From a virus (taxonomy: Duplodnaviria; Caudoviricetes): 64,000 nt of DNA. Numbering within the stretch: position 1 is the first letter of the stretch; each line of letters begins with the position of its first letter. Location: the IMG/VR virus record IMGVR_UViG_3300031784_000003; one strand, 5' to 3'. Below the pieces are notes generated by a model. That model saw only the letters and a list, made by a program, of their open reading frames with translations, was not told the origin of the DNA and searched no databases. This document shows positions 31,048 to 40,537 of this stretch, piece by piece. The position numbers and the translations under genes are program-made.

Positions 31048-32298
31048 ATGGATAAAATGATGAGTGATTATGAAAGGACTAAGAATGTTATTCTTTCGTG
31101 TAACAATTTAGACCAATTAAAAGTTGCAGTTAAAATGTATAACCAATTAAATAAAAAACATTCATTATCGGATGATAAATTAGATAAATTAGAAAATCTA
31201 ATTGGGTTAATGAGGATTAAATTTGGGGAACAAAATGTCGATGAAGGTATTTCTAATATTGGTAAGGAATTTAATAAGGCGGCAATGTCTACAGGTGTGC
31301 CAGAGTTAAAAAAAATTAGATTTAGTGAGTCAACTAAAAAACTTACCGAAAAAGATATTGCAGATTTACATAATAAAGATATAAAAGATATTAAGAGAGA
31401 AATATCTATAGGTACTACTATTGAGATGGAACATACTGATGATAAAGAAGAGGCTAAAAAAATAGCGATGGAACATATAAAAGAAGTTCCTGACTATTAC
31501 ACCGATTCTGAATATGGTATAATAGCGATAGAAGATAAACAAAAACAAAAAAGAAAAACTGTTAGAGTATCTAAAAAAGAAATGGATAGATTACATGATA
31601 AAGGTAAAATTACTGTAGATGGTGTTGAAATACGTTTTAATGAAAAAATAAATGAGGATTTGGATTTAAATGATATATCAAAAACATTAAGAGATCAATT
31701 AAGAAAAAAATCTGAAAAAAGATTTAGTAAAGATCAAATCTTTGATGTAATTAGACAAAGAAGAGAAGAAGAAGAACTAAGGAGAAAAAAGGAAATTGAA
31801 GACTTTAATAAATTTAAAGATGAAGAGTTTGAAGAAGTTGATGATGAAGATGAAAATGTAGATGAAGCAACAGGGGCATCCTCATCAGGATCTTTTGTTG
31901 GTAAAGCTGGTGGACCAATTAATAGGTTATTTAGTAAACAATCTGAAATGATTTCCGAAGATGAAGTAGTAAATTATTGTGATGAGTGTGATAGACTTAA
32001 AGAACATTGTATTTGTGATGATAGTTCAGTTGATGAAGCGACAGGGGCATCTTCAAATGCGACATATGCGACATCACCTTGGGGAAAAAGTAAATTTATG
32101 TTGACAGATAAAGGTCCTGGTAAAGTGCCAGTTAAAACAACACAACCAGATATGTCAAATTTAGGGTATCAAAAAGTTAGGGTAAAGGAAAAATGTAAAA
32201 CCTTTCCTTACTGTAACGAAGATCCTAATGCGATAGGATTTTACAATGAAAGTAGAGTAATTAAAAAAATAAAAAAAGGTAATTTAAAATTAAAGTAA
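31048..32298 (+). CDS. Prohead core/scaffold-like protein with DUF5661-like segment
   Basis: IGTTIEMEHTDDKEEAKKIAMEHIKEVPDYY motif; repeated VDEATGASS segments. Confidence 0.55.
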   Translation: MDKMMSDYERTKNVILSCNNLDQLKVAVKMYNQLNKKHSLSDDKLDKLENLIGLMRIKFGEQNVDEGISNIGKEFNKAAMSTGVPELKKIRFSESTKKLTEKDIADLHNKDIKDIKREISIGTTIEMEHTDDKEEAKKIAMEHIKEVPDYYTDSEYGIIAIEDKQKQKRKTVRVSKKEMDRLHDKGKITVDGVEIRFNEKINEDLDLNDISKTLRDQLRKKSEKRFSKDQIFDVIRQRREEEELRRKKEIEDFNKFKDEEFEEVDDEDENVDEATGASSSGSFVGKAGGPINRLFSKQSEMISEDEVVNYCDECDRLKEHCICDDSSVDEATGASSNATYATSPWGKSKFMLTDKGPGKVPVKTTQPDMSNLGYQKVRVKEKCKTFPYCNEDPNAIGFYNESRVIKKIKKGNLKLK

Positions 32299-32299
32299 A

Positions 32300-32941
32300 A
32301 TGGGAAGAATTGGTAAAATAAAAAGAGATTTAATAATGGAAGCTAATAAAAAATTATTAAATGAGTCAGAAGTGGGCATAGATTTATCTACATGTCATTG
32401 GTTTTTTATGAATGTAACTTTTTTAGACGGTAAATTAGGTGAATTACATTTAACTCAAAAAGATAAAGGATTTTGGTATCTAAAAAAATACACTAATCAA
32501 AAAAATGTTAATGATTTTACTCAAGATACCATAGAAGTACCTCAAGAAAGTGAAATTGAGGTATATTGGGATAAAGATAAAGGAAGAATAGAATTAGTAG
32601 GTAAAAGTTTAGATGGTTTAGACGCATACAATAAAATACTTCGAGGGAATAATGACAAATATTCGGGTAAATTAATTTATGCTACTGAACAACCATCTGA
32701 TAAATATGGTTTTAATAAAGATTATCAGTATTTACGTTTTGCTAATGTTAAATTAGTTGAGTCTAGTAAATTGCTAGCTTGGAAAAAAGATGAAGTTAAA
32801 ATGGAAAACGGCGCAATACTTAATGATAGTAGTTATTTTGTTAAAAACAATTTATTCGGTAAACCAACATATTATTATATTACGATAAATCAAGAGGATC
32901 AATATAATGATTTGTTAAAACCGTGTGAAAATTATAAATAA
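32300..32941 (+). CDS. Putative internal head protein
   Basis: Leader MGRIGKIKRDLIMEANKKLLNES is shared with 33463..33993. Confidence 0.5.
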   Translation: MGRIGKIKRDLIMEANKKLLNESEVGIDLSTCHWFFMNVTFLDGKLGELHLTQKDKGFWYLKKYTNQKNVNDFTQDTIEVPQESEIEVYWDKDKGRIELVGKSLDGLDAYNKILRGNNDKYSGKLIYATEQPSDKYGFNKDYQYLRFANVKLVESSKLLAWKKDEVKMENGAILNDSSYFVKNNLFGKPTYYYITINQEDQYNDLLKPCENYK

Positions 32942-32944
32942 AAG

Positions 32945-33358
32945 TTAATAATATTCAACTAGAACTAACGTTGTAACACCATCTTTATAGAAGTACTCTA
33001 AGTCAAATAGACTATGAGGTAGTTTGTTTTTACTAATATTTTTTTGCATACATTCTATTTGCTTGTCTCTATCATTTACAAAGTAAACTTTTCGTGAATA
33101 GTAATCCCATCCGTTCTTATGACAAACATAAATTAAGTCAGTAGGGTACATCCATTGGATACTATCCGTATTTACGCCTATAGAACTGAATAATTCATTT
33201 ACCAGAGAGTCACAAGTGTCATCCAAATGATCGATATACCATTCATAAACTCCTTCATTGGATTTTGCCCTAAGAGGAACGTCAAAGTCATATTGTCTTT
33301 GAGAAAATACACTTAAAGTTGTAAGTGTTAATAGTGAAGTTAAAATTAAAGTTTTCAT
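32945..33358 (-). CDS. Secreted protein with Sec signal peptide
   Basis: Likely start MKTLILTSLLTLTTLSVFSQ at 33358, after a TTG..TATATTTG promoter. Confidence 0.6.
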   Translation of the reverse strand: MKTLILTSLLTLTTLSVFSQRQYDFDVPLRAKSNEGVYEWYIDHLDDTCDSLVNELFSSIGVNTDSIQWMYPTDLIYVCHKNGWDYYSRKVYFVNDRDKQIECMQKNISKNKLPHSLFDLEYFYKDGVTTLVLVEYY

Positions 33359-33446
33359 AGTGTTTGATTTTATATAAACAAATATAATACAAATATTTTT
33401 ATCTGCCAAAATTTTATATGGAAAAGTGATATTTATTAATAAAAAA
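33342..33446. repeat. Duplicated divergent promoter cassette, copy 1
   Basis: About 105 nt closely similar to 34311..34415. Confidence 0.8.
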
Positions 33447-33462
33447 CTAAAATTAAGATATT

Positions 33463-33993
33463 ATGGGTAGAATTGAAAAACAAAAAAGAGAAATGATAAT
33501 GGAGGCGAATATGAGATTATTAAATGAGAGTGACATATCAATAGCCGAACCTGAAATGAATAATGCAACAGTTTCTAAAACTAGTGTAGGAGGATTATCT
33601 TTAGAATGTGTTAAAATAAATGAAACAGATCCTAGAAATTCAGAATTTTCATACGCAGGACCATATCCTTGGGATTTAGTAGAATATAGTAAAGATTCTA
33701 GACCAGTTAAAATTTTTCTTTATAGAGATAAACCTAGAGATGTAGTGTATGGTGGATCGAATGAGGCAGAAATGACTCTTCACTTTGAAGAGATTACTGA
33801 TAGGGTACTTAGAAATTTTTTAGGTATGAATAAAAAATATATTATGGCAACAAATAATGCGCCTGGAGTCACTGGACCACAATATTGTAGAGTAGACGGT
33901 AATATGGATAAAGATTGGGATGAAAACTTCTTTAGTTATCAGAATAATGGTAATGTTATAGAACCATATCCTGATTTTTCACAATTTAAATAA
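33463..33993 (+). CDS. Putative internal head protein
   Basis: Leader MGRIEKQKREMIMEANMRLLNES. Confidence 0.5.
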   Translation: MGRIEKQKREMIMEANMRLLNESDISIAEPEMNNATVSKTSVGGLSLECVKINETDPRNSEFSYAGPYPWDLVEYSKDSRPVKIFLYRDKPRDVVYGGSNEAEMTLHFEEITDRVLRNFLGMNKKYIMATNNAPGVTGPQYCRVDGNMDKDWDENFFSYQNNGNVIEPYPDFSQFK

Positions 33994-34007
33994 AATGGAT
34001 ATAAAAT

Positions 34008-34034
34008 AAAAAAGGGGTTTTAAACCCCTTTTTT
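34008..34034. terminator. Bidirectional intrinsic terminator
   Basis: AAAAAAGGGGTTT-t-AAACCCCTTTTTT between convergent genes. Confidence 0.8.
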
Positions 34035-34327
34035 TAATTTGTCTTTTTATAATCGATAGTATCTACTAAATTCTTTACTTCTTTTTCAGAGAAAGAACCA
34101 CTGGATCTCCATTTTTGTTGTTCTTCTTCAGGTAGACTCATTAAAAAATATGCAAATGCCCTTTGTCTTGGGTTGTAGCCTGGTTCTTGTGTACTATCAG
34201 CGACAACAACATTGTTACTGATTTCGTAATTCTTATTAGTATTAGATAAAACTTTTTTAGAATTTCCACAACTAACGAGTAGAATAGTTATATAAACGAC
34301 TCCGATAATTAAAATTAAATTTTTCAT
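34034..34327 (-). CDS. Putative lipoprotein
   Basis: MKNLILIIGVVYITILLVS-C lipobox-like signal at the likely start 34327. Confidence 0.6.
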   Translation of the reverse strand: MKNLILIIGVVYITILLVSCGNSKKVLSNTNKNYEISNNVVVADSTQEPGYNPRQRAFAYFLMSLPEEEQQKWRSSGSFSEKEVKNLVDTIDYKKTN

Positions 34328-34415
34328 AGTGTTTGATTTTATATATACGAATATAATATAAATATTTTTGTCTACCAAAATTTTTTAAAAAAAAGTGATA
34401 TTTATTAATAAAAAA
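34311..34415. repeat. Duplicated divergent promoter cassette, copy 2
   Basis: Matches 33342..33446. Confidence 0.8.
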
Positions 34416-34419
34416 GAAA

Positions 34420-35256
34420 ATGGAAAGAAGATTCTTAACTAAAAAAACCAAAATTACTATAACAGAAAATAAAAGTGTTCCTGGTTTAAACACTGCGATG
34501 GATAATAGATCTAAAAGTGGTGAATTTAATTCTGACTCATTAAAAGATTTTAATAAAAAAATATCTGATTATTATCAATTCGATAATAAAGATGATTTTA
34601 AAACACCTAAATATAATAGATCTGAATACGAAGAGGCTTACGAAATAGAAGATTTAGGTGCTGGTAAAATGTCTGGTTTAAAATATGATAATGAAGAAAC
34701 AGAAGTATTTAAATCCTTTACTGAAAGAATGAATAAATTAAATGATAATTCAGAATACGATAAAGAATTTGGTACGTATGATGGTTTTGGTGAAGGGGAA
34801 AAAGAAGATGATACGTATGATACATTAAAAGATAATAGTGAAAAATATATTAAACATAAGTACGAAAAACCAGAGGAGTATCACTATACACCAAAAGTTA
34901 GAGTAACAAACGAATCTAAAACAAATAAAATGAAAAGATTAAATTTTAAAAATGAGTTTACATCTGAATATGATATGAAAAAACTTATTCCTGAACATTA
35001 TAAATATGATGGTCACGTATTTTTAATGGATGACGGTAACCAAACTTATAAAGTTAGATGGGACGATTCAATTAATGAAGGTACGGTTATGTCTTATAAA
35101 AATAAGACTATGATTAATGAAGATATGAATAAGATGAAAAAATTATTCAGTTATTCTTATGAAGATTCTATGGGTAAAACAAATAACTATAGTGAAGAAA
35201 CTAATAAGTTTAAAACTTTATTTGAATCAACAAAAAAGGGTAAAAATATCATTTAA
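34420..35256 (+). CDS. Hypothetical acidic protein, probable virion core protein
   Basis: ITE, TNE and INE motifs; ATATTTAT upstream. Confidence 0.5.
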   Translation: MERRFLTKKTKITITENKSVPGLNTAMDNRSKSGEFNSDSLKDFNKKISDYYQFDNKDDFKTPKYNRSEYEEAYEIEDLGAGKMSGLKYDNEETEVFKSFTERMNKLNDNSEYDKEFGTYDGFGEGEKEDDTYDTLKDNSEKYIKHKYEKPEEYHYTPKVRVTNESKTNKMKRLNFKNEFTSEYDMKKLIPEHYKYDGHVFLMDDGNQTYKVRWDDSINEGTVMSYKNKTMINEDMNKMKKLFSYSYEDSMGKTNNYSEETNKFKTLFESTKKGKNII

Positions 35257-35276
35257 ATATAAAAAATTAAATATAG

Positions 35277-35305
35277 AAAAGGTGTCTAATGTGGACACCT
35301 TTTTT
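35277..35305 (+). terminator. Intrinsic terminator
   Basis: AAAAGGTGTCT-aatgt-GGACACCTTTTTT. Confidence 0.75.
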
Positions 35306-35327
35306 GTTTTATATAATATTTATTATT

Positions 35328-36080
35328 ATGAAGTTTAAAAATTTAATAACGGAATCTATTATAGATACATTAAAATTATCTAAAGAAGAAAAGGCAATTC
35401 TAAAAACTTTTAATATTGTTGACGGTGATAAAAACACTTACTCATCAGGAACTTTTGATTTGACTGACGGAGAAAAAATAATTAAAGTTTCTGATATGAC
35501 AGGTGTAAATGATTTAGATAAATTATATACTTTATATAAATTTTTTAAAAAATATAAAGATATTTTGTTTAAAGATGAGGTGGGAGGAATCCAGTATGGT
35601 AGTATAGATACAAAAGATTATGAGATATTATCTCCACTATTTTTAAAATATTTTTATGATAATTTTAATGGTAATACACTATTAAATGTTGATGGTGGTG
35701 AGTGGAAAGTGACTACTATGTATGATATGGAGGAACAAATGGCAGAAGAAGATTATTCGATATTTGTTTATCTATCCTCTGAAACTTTACCACAAGTATC
35801 ATTATTTAGTGGTATTTATAAAGGAGATAAAGAAGGTATAGGTTGGGACTTAATAGCTCAAGATGAAGATCTATCAGTTTTTAACGCAGAAAAGATAAAA
35901 AAGAAAGGTAAGTATGAAGAAATATTAGGTGGTGGGATTATTGACATACCCACACCAAAAAACCTTTCAAAAACAGAGATGGATAAGTACTTCCGTTTAT
36001 TATTTTTAAATTTAGAAGATGGTATTTTAGATCAAATGTGGATAATTGAGGATTTTATGGAATATAAGACAAATAATTAA
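35328..36080 (+). CDS. Putative internal head protein
   Basis: Likely start MKFKNLITES at 35328. Confidence 0.55.
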   Translation: MKFKNLITESIIDTLKLSKEEKAILKTFNIVDGDKNTYSSGTFDLTDGEKIIKVSDMTGVNDLDKLYTLYKFFKKYKDILFKDEVGGIQYGSIDTKDYEILSPLFLKYFYDNFNGNTLLNVDGGEWKVTTMYDMEEQMAEEDYSIFVYLSSETLPQVSLFSGIYKGDKEGIGWDLIAQDEDLSVFNAEKIKKKGKYEEILGGGIIDIPTPKNLSKTEMDKYFRLLFLNLEDGILDQMWIIEDFMEYKTNN

Positions 36081-36096
36081 AATTAATAATAAATTT

Positions 36097-36702
36097 ATGT
36101 ACACAAGAGAACAAATAAAATCAGCCGTTGAAAAGAAAGGCTACAAATGGTTTAATGACGATGCAAATAAATCCTATGATGTAAATATCGTAGGTATTAG
36201 AAATAGTTCCCCATCAGTTTACAAAAAAGTGACTAACGTATTTGACGATTATATTACTATATCTTTTAAAGATGAAAAAGGTGTGTGGCAATTTTATTGT
36301 TGGCAAGCAACTTGTGATCCAGGAAAAAAAGGTGTACAACAATTCCATAATAAAAAAGGTGTTGCTAGATTAGTTACTGGACAATATAGAACTGTGTGGG
36401 CGGTAGATAAACATCAGGGTAAATATGATGCACTATGTCAAAGATTGGGTAATGTTACAGTTTGGAGAGATGGTAACAAAGATCTTGTTTTTGATGAGGT
36501 GGTAAAAGATACTGGTATGTTTGGTATTAATATACACAAAGCGGGACAAGATTCTACTTGGGTAGAAAATTGGTCGGAAGGGTGTCAAGTGTTTAAAAGA
36601 GTAAAAGATTTTGATGAGTTTATGAAAATATGTAAGAAGGCGGTTAAAATTTATGGTAATAAATTTTCTTACACTTTATTAGAATCTACTGATATAAAAT
36701 AA
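36097..36702 (+). CDS. L,D-transpeptidase (YkuD)-like cell-wall enzyme
   Basis: GINIHKAG...WSEGCQV (H-x(12)-S-x-G-C); ATG at 36097. Confidence 0.7.
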   Translation: MYTREQIKSAVEKKGYKWFNDDANKSYDVNIVGIRNSSPSVYKKVTNVFDDYITISFKDEKGVWQFYCWQATCDPGKKGVQQFHNKKGVARLVTGQYRTVWAVDKHQGKYDALCQRLGNVTVWRDGNKDLVFDEVVKDTGMFGINIHKAGQDSTWVENWSEGCQVFKRVKDFDEFMKICKKAVKIYGNKFSYTLLESTDIK

Positions 36703-36714
36703 AAATAAAAAGTT

Positions 36715-37605
36715 ATGTTATTAAAATTAGGTAGTAAAAGTGAGGATGTTAAAATCCTACAAAGATTTTTAAAATTAAAAGATGATGGTTCTTTTGGGTC
36801 AAAAACTGAATCTGCAGTTAAAAAGTGGCAAAAAGAAAATAAGTTAAAAGATGATGGTATTGTTGGACCTAAAACTTGGGTCGCAATGGGATTAGATCAA
36901 TTAGTAACTACAGATAATAGCGAAAGATTAAATGAATCTACAAATGGTTTAGTGGTTGAGCAATATTTTTTACCTAAAGGAGAATATTTGGTTGGCCCAA
37001 CTAACAAAGAATATGTTTTTTTACACCATACTGCTGGTGGACATAATCCTTATCAAGTTGTTGATATGTGGGGAAGAGATACTAGAGGTAAAATTGCTAC
37101 TGAATTTATTTTAGGTGGACAAAGTGCTGCGGGTAATAATACTAAATTTGATGGTAAGTTAATCCAATGTATGCCGACTGGTTCATATGGATGGCATTTA
37201 GGTGATAATGGATCACAACATATGCATTCACATTCAGTAGGTATTGAAGTTTGTAATTTTGGTTATGTAGTAAATGGGAAGACATATGCTAACACAATTG
37301 TTGATAAATCACAAATAGTCACATTATCTCAACCATTTAGAGGACATAAAGATTGGCAACGATATTCAGATAAACAAATTGAAGTTTTAAAACAATGGAT
37401 TCTTTTTGTTGCGGATAGAGATAATATTGACGTAAGAAAAGGTTTGGTTGAGGAAATTAGAAAAAATGGTGCTAAAGGTTTTGAATTTAACGATAACGCT
37501 TATTATGGTAGAGTAAAAGGTATGTGGACGCATACAAATACTAGAAAAGATAAAGTGGATATGTTTCCACAACAGGAATTAATTGATATGTTATTATCTT
37601 TATAA
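36715..37605 (+). CDS. Endolysin: peptidoglycan-binding domain plus Amidase_2
   Basis: LKLGS..VKILQRFL..DG.FG..TESAVKKWQ..DGIVGPKTW; LHHTAG, SVGIEVCN, HTN. Confidence 0.85.
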   Translation: MLLKLGSKSEDVKILQRFLKLKDDGSFGSKTESAVKKWQKENKLKDDGIVGPKTWVAMGLDQLVTTDNSERLNESTNGLVVEQYFLPKGEYLVGPTNKEYVFLHHTAGGHNPYQVVDMWGRDTRGKIATEFILGGQSAAGNNTKFDGKLIQCMPTGSYGWHLGDNGSQHMHSHSVGIEVCNFGYVVNGKTYANTIVDKSQIVTLSQPFRGHKDWQRYSDKQIEVLKQWILFVADRDNIDVRKGLVEEIRKNGAKGFEFNDNAYYGRVKGMWTHTNTRKDKVDMFPQQELIDMLLSL

Positions 37606-37632
37606 TTTCTTAAATTACATTATTATTGTTTT

Positions 37633-38100
37633 ATGGATAGTTTTGAATTTATTAGTTATATGATTGATCCTCTAACAAACGAGCAAATGAATCTTTTGTA
37701 TAAAGCAAATGACGTAAAATATGATAAATGTAATTTGTATTACGATGTAATTAAAACATTGAACAAATTAATTGTTGACACATACTTAGGTGATGAATAC
37801 ATTACCAATGAGGAACAAAAAATAGAACACTATAATTGGTGTTTTAATACGGTTATAGAAAATTTTAAGAAGGAAAAGATAATCTTTGGGAATATTAATG
37901 ATTTAAAAGAATATTTTTTCTTTTTTTATGATGAGTTGTTTTATAAAGATAAACATAAGAATATAGAAAAAATTGATAATCTACCAGAACTTTCTTTTAA
38001 ATTTTATAGGTTGAAGTCTAGATCAGATATGGATATTATGATAGAACTTTACAAATTATTTGAAAAAAGTTTAAACGAAAAAATAAAAAATAAGGTTTAG
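37633..38100 (+). CDS. Hypothetical protein
   Basis: 155-aa ORF in gene run. Confidence 0.55.
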   Translation: MDSFEFISYMIDPLTNEQMNLLYKANDVKYDKCNLYYDVIKTLNKLIVDTYLGDEYITNEEQKIEHYNWCFNTVIENFKKEKIIFGNINDLKEYFFFFYDELFYKDKHKNIEKIDNLPELSFKFYRLKSRSDMDIMIELYKLFEKSLNEKIKNKV

Positions 38101-38102
38101 TA

Positions 38103-38381
38103 TTGATTTTTTTACTTTTTTTCATTATATTGGTTCATATGAATACAAAAATAAAGTTTTTGGAGATAGTTTTATCTGACTTAGTTTCACAAAGAGACAC
38201 TTTTGAACTAGAACTTAACAGAATTATTAATAATGATGAAAAAATATCTGTTAAGAAAGTTGATTTCGAAAGTGTGTTAACACAAATCACTATTACAAAT
38301 AGTAAAATACAAACGTTAAGTGATTATTTAACTACTTTGAGTAATTTAGAAAGTAAAACTGAAAATAATAACAATGATTAA
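38103..38381 (+). CDS. Hypothetical coiled-coil protein
   Basis: ORF; ATG at 38140 is a likelier start. Confidence 0.5.
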   Translation: MIFLLFFIILVHMNTKIKFLEIVLSDLVSQRDTFELELNRIINNDEKISVKKVDFESVLTQITITNSKIQTLSDYLTTLSNLESKTENNNND

Positions 38382-38393
38382 AATAAATTAAAA

Positions 38394-38576
38394 ATGGAAT
38401 TGTACGAACAATTAGTTAAATTAGTAGGTGAACTTAATGAAAATGTCACTAAATTTTATGACAAAGGTAATAAAGCTGCAGGTACTAGAGTAAGAAAAAC
38501 TTGTCAAGACATTAAAAATCTTTGTCAAGACATTAGAGTTGATGTTTCTAATAAAAAAACAGAAGTTAACGCTTAA
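38394..38576 (+). CDS. Histone H1-like (Hc1 family) protein
   Basis: KFYDKGNKAAGTRVRKTCQDIKNLCQDIR matches the Hc1-like motif. Confidence 0.8.
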   Translation: MELYEQLVKLVGELNENVTKFYDKGNKAAGTRVRKTCQDIKNLCQDIRVDVSNKKTEVNA

Positions 38577-38582
38577 TTTGAT

Positions 38583-38774
38583 ATGGATATACTTAATAGC
38601 ATATATATGTTTCTTTTCGTATTCTCAACATTGAATATACTAAGAAATTTATTTTTCTTAATAAAAAATGTTAGAGATGAAGAAAGATTTACTATGGGTA
38701 AATTACCATTATTTGTTTTAGGTATATCCATTTCATACTTTATCACTTCAATAATAACAGTATTAATAAATTGA
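38583..38774 (+). CDS. Small two-TM membrane protein
   Basis: Two hydrophobic helices. Confidence 0.55.
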   Translation: MDILNSIYMFLFVFSTLNILRNLFFLIKNVRDEERFTMGKLPLFVLGISISYFITSIITVLIN

Positions 38775-38777
38775 TAA

Positions 38778-39239
38778 ATGTTTCACGAAAAATTAAATGA
38801 AATGAGACCTTATGTGACGGGTATTAGATTTGTAAAAGATCTACCTGTTGTAGATGTTGTCTTATTAGATGGTTGGGATATGTTTGAATCTGATACTGTT
38901 TCATATAAGCTTGGTAGTAGTAACAAAAATTATTTTATGGTATTCCCACAACAAAATGGGGGTACTATTGATAGTGTTATGGAACACGTACAATTCGTGA
39001 TCGAATTTAACATTGAAAAAGAAAATAAGTTGTCATTACTAAAGGCTAAGATAGAAGAACTTAAAAATTTGTTTAGTGAGAAATCTCTATCTGAATTAGA
39101 AAAATTAAAGTTTGTTATAGAAACAGTCAATGAACCAACATTAAAAGATATTTCCAAAGTACCAAAAATACACAACGGGGTGGAGTTACCACCTACGAAT
39201 GGTAGTATGGTTATGGTAGAAGAAGAAAAAGAGGGTTAA
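38778..39239 (+). CDS. Hypothetical protein
   Basis: 153-aa ORF. Confidence 0.55.
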   Translation: MFHEKLNEMRPYVTGIRFVKDLPVVDVVLLDGWDMFESDTVSYKLGSSNKNYFMVFPQQNGGTIDSVMEHVQFVIEFNIEKENKLSLLKAKIEELKNLFSEKSLSELEKLKFVIETVNEPTLKDISKVPKIHNGVELPPTNGSMVMVEEEKEG

Positions 39240-39251
39240 ACCCTCTTTTTT
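39229..39251. terminator. Bidirectional terminator
   Basis: AAAAAGAGGGTT-a-AACCCTCTTTTT between convergent genes. Confidence 0.7.
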
Positions 39252-39571
39252 TATACTTCTAATTTTTCTTGAATTGTATGGATTAACCAAGTGGTACCTG
39301 ATATTAAACAGGCATCTAAGAAAATCGATACTGGTGCAAATTCTAAACCATAATGGTAGAATGGTGAAAATTGAGTGAATCCACTAATTTGTGATCCTAA
39401 AGATAGGAAAAACCCTACCCACCAAGGTGTACACATCATACAACCCAAAAGTTTACCAAAAAAGTTTGGGCTATAGACTTCGGCAGTCTCTCTCAAACCA
39501 TCAAAAATTGCCCCGTAAACGATAATGTTAGAAATTCCATAACTAACTAAAATAACTAATAATAATTCCAT
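39251..39571 (-). CDS. DUF1360-like membrane protein
   Basis: IFDGLR..FFGKLLGCMMCTPWWVGF motif with TM helices. Confidence 0.65.
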   Translation of the reverse strand: MELLLVILVSYGISNIIVYGAIFDGLRETAEVYSPNFFGKLLGCMMCTPWWVGFFLSLGSQISGFTQFSPFYHYGLEFAPVSIFLDACLISGTTWLIHTIQEKLEV

Positions 39572-39625
39572 AATGATTACTTTTTTATTAAAAAAATTGA
39601 TATTTATTATTAAAGTATACTAAAT

Positions 39626-40537
39626 ATGAAGGTAATTGTAAATAGAAGACAATACAATAAAGTTATTAATGAAACAAGAGGGTATTCTAAAAATGTTGAA
39701 GAATGGGCTGATTATGTTGCAGATGAGTTATTACCGTTAATTATTAAACAAGATGTGGAAGAAGATGTATATACTCTAAAAAAATTGTCTTTAAAACTTA
39801 AAAATAAAAAATTTTATGAGGATATCCCTATTGATAGTATTATTATGACAGTTATAATAAATGATGTTGAAGGCGATTCTGCGGATATTAGTATAGGGTA
39901 TAATCCATTTTACACACAAATTGTAGATAACGATGATAATAGTTATAACATTTTAGATGTTGAGTTTGATGTTGTGATGAATTTACCTTCAAATAGAGAG
40001 GATATTGATTATAATACTTTACAATATTATTTTTCTTCATTCTTATCGCATGAATTTATGCATGTATATGAATGGGTTAGTAGAAATTTAGAAACCCCTA
40101 GTTCAATAAAAGGGTGTGAGGACTTTTATAAAAATGGAGATATTAGTGGGGATGCGATAGAAAGAATTGCATATATGTTATATGTAACACAGTCTTTTGA
40201 GATAAACGCTTTTGTTCAACAAGCGGCGACTATGTTATCTAAAATAAATCCAAAAAATAACGATGATTTTATGGTTCATTTAAAGAGTTTACCTATGTAT
40301 TTATTTGCGGAAACTATGATAAATTTTAATTCGGAAGAATATTTAAATGAAATAAATGAATTATCTAACGATAAAAAAAGTGAACTTTACAATATTATTA
40401 TGTGCTTTTATTATGTTGATGGGAGTTTACCAAAAATAAAATCTGTTGATAGATTTTTATATGATTTAGAAAAGAAATTTAAAATTGTTGGTGAATCATT
40501 TAAAAGAAAATTATTAAGATTAATAACCGTAATATGA
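39626..40537 (+). CDS. Zincin-like metalloprotease, probable head cargo
   Basis: LSHEFMHVY (HExxH) and EINAF; leader MKVIVNRRQYNKVINET. Confidence 0.6.
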   Translation: MKVIVNRRQYNKVINETRGYSKNVEEWADYVADELLPLIIKQDVEEDVYTLKKLSLKLKNKKFYEDIPIDSIIMTVIINDVEGDSADISIGYNPFYTQIVDNDDNSYNILDVEFDVVMNLPSNREDIDYNTLQYYFSSFLSHEFMHVYEWVSRNLETPSSIKGCEDFYKNGDISGDAIERIAYMLYVTQSFEINAFVQQAATMLSKINPKNNDDFMVHLKSLPMYLFAETMINFNSEEYLNEINELSNDKKSELYNIIMCFYYVDGSLPKIKSVDRFLYDLEKKFKIVGESFKRKLLRLITVI

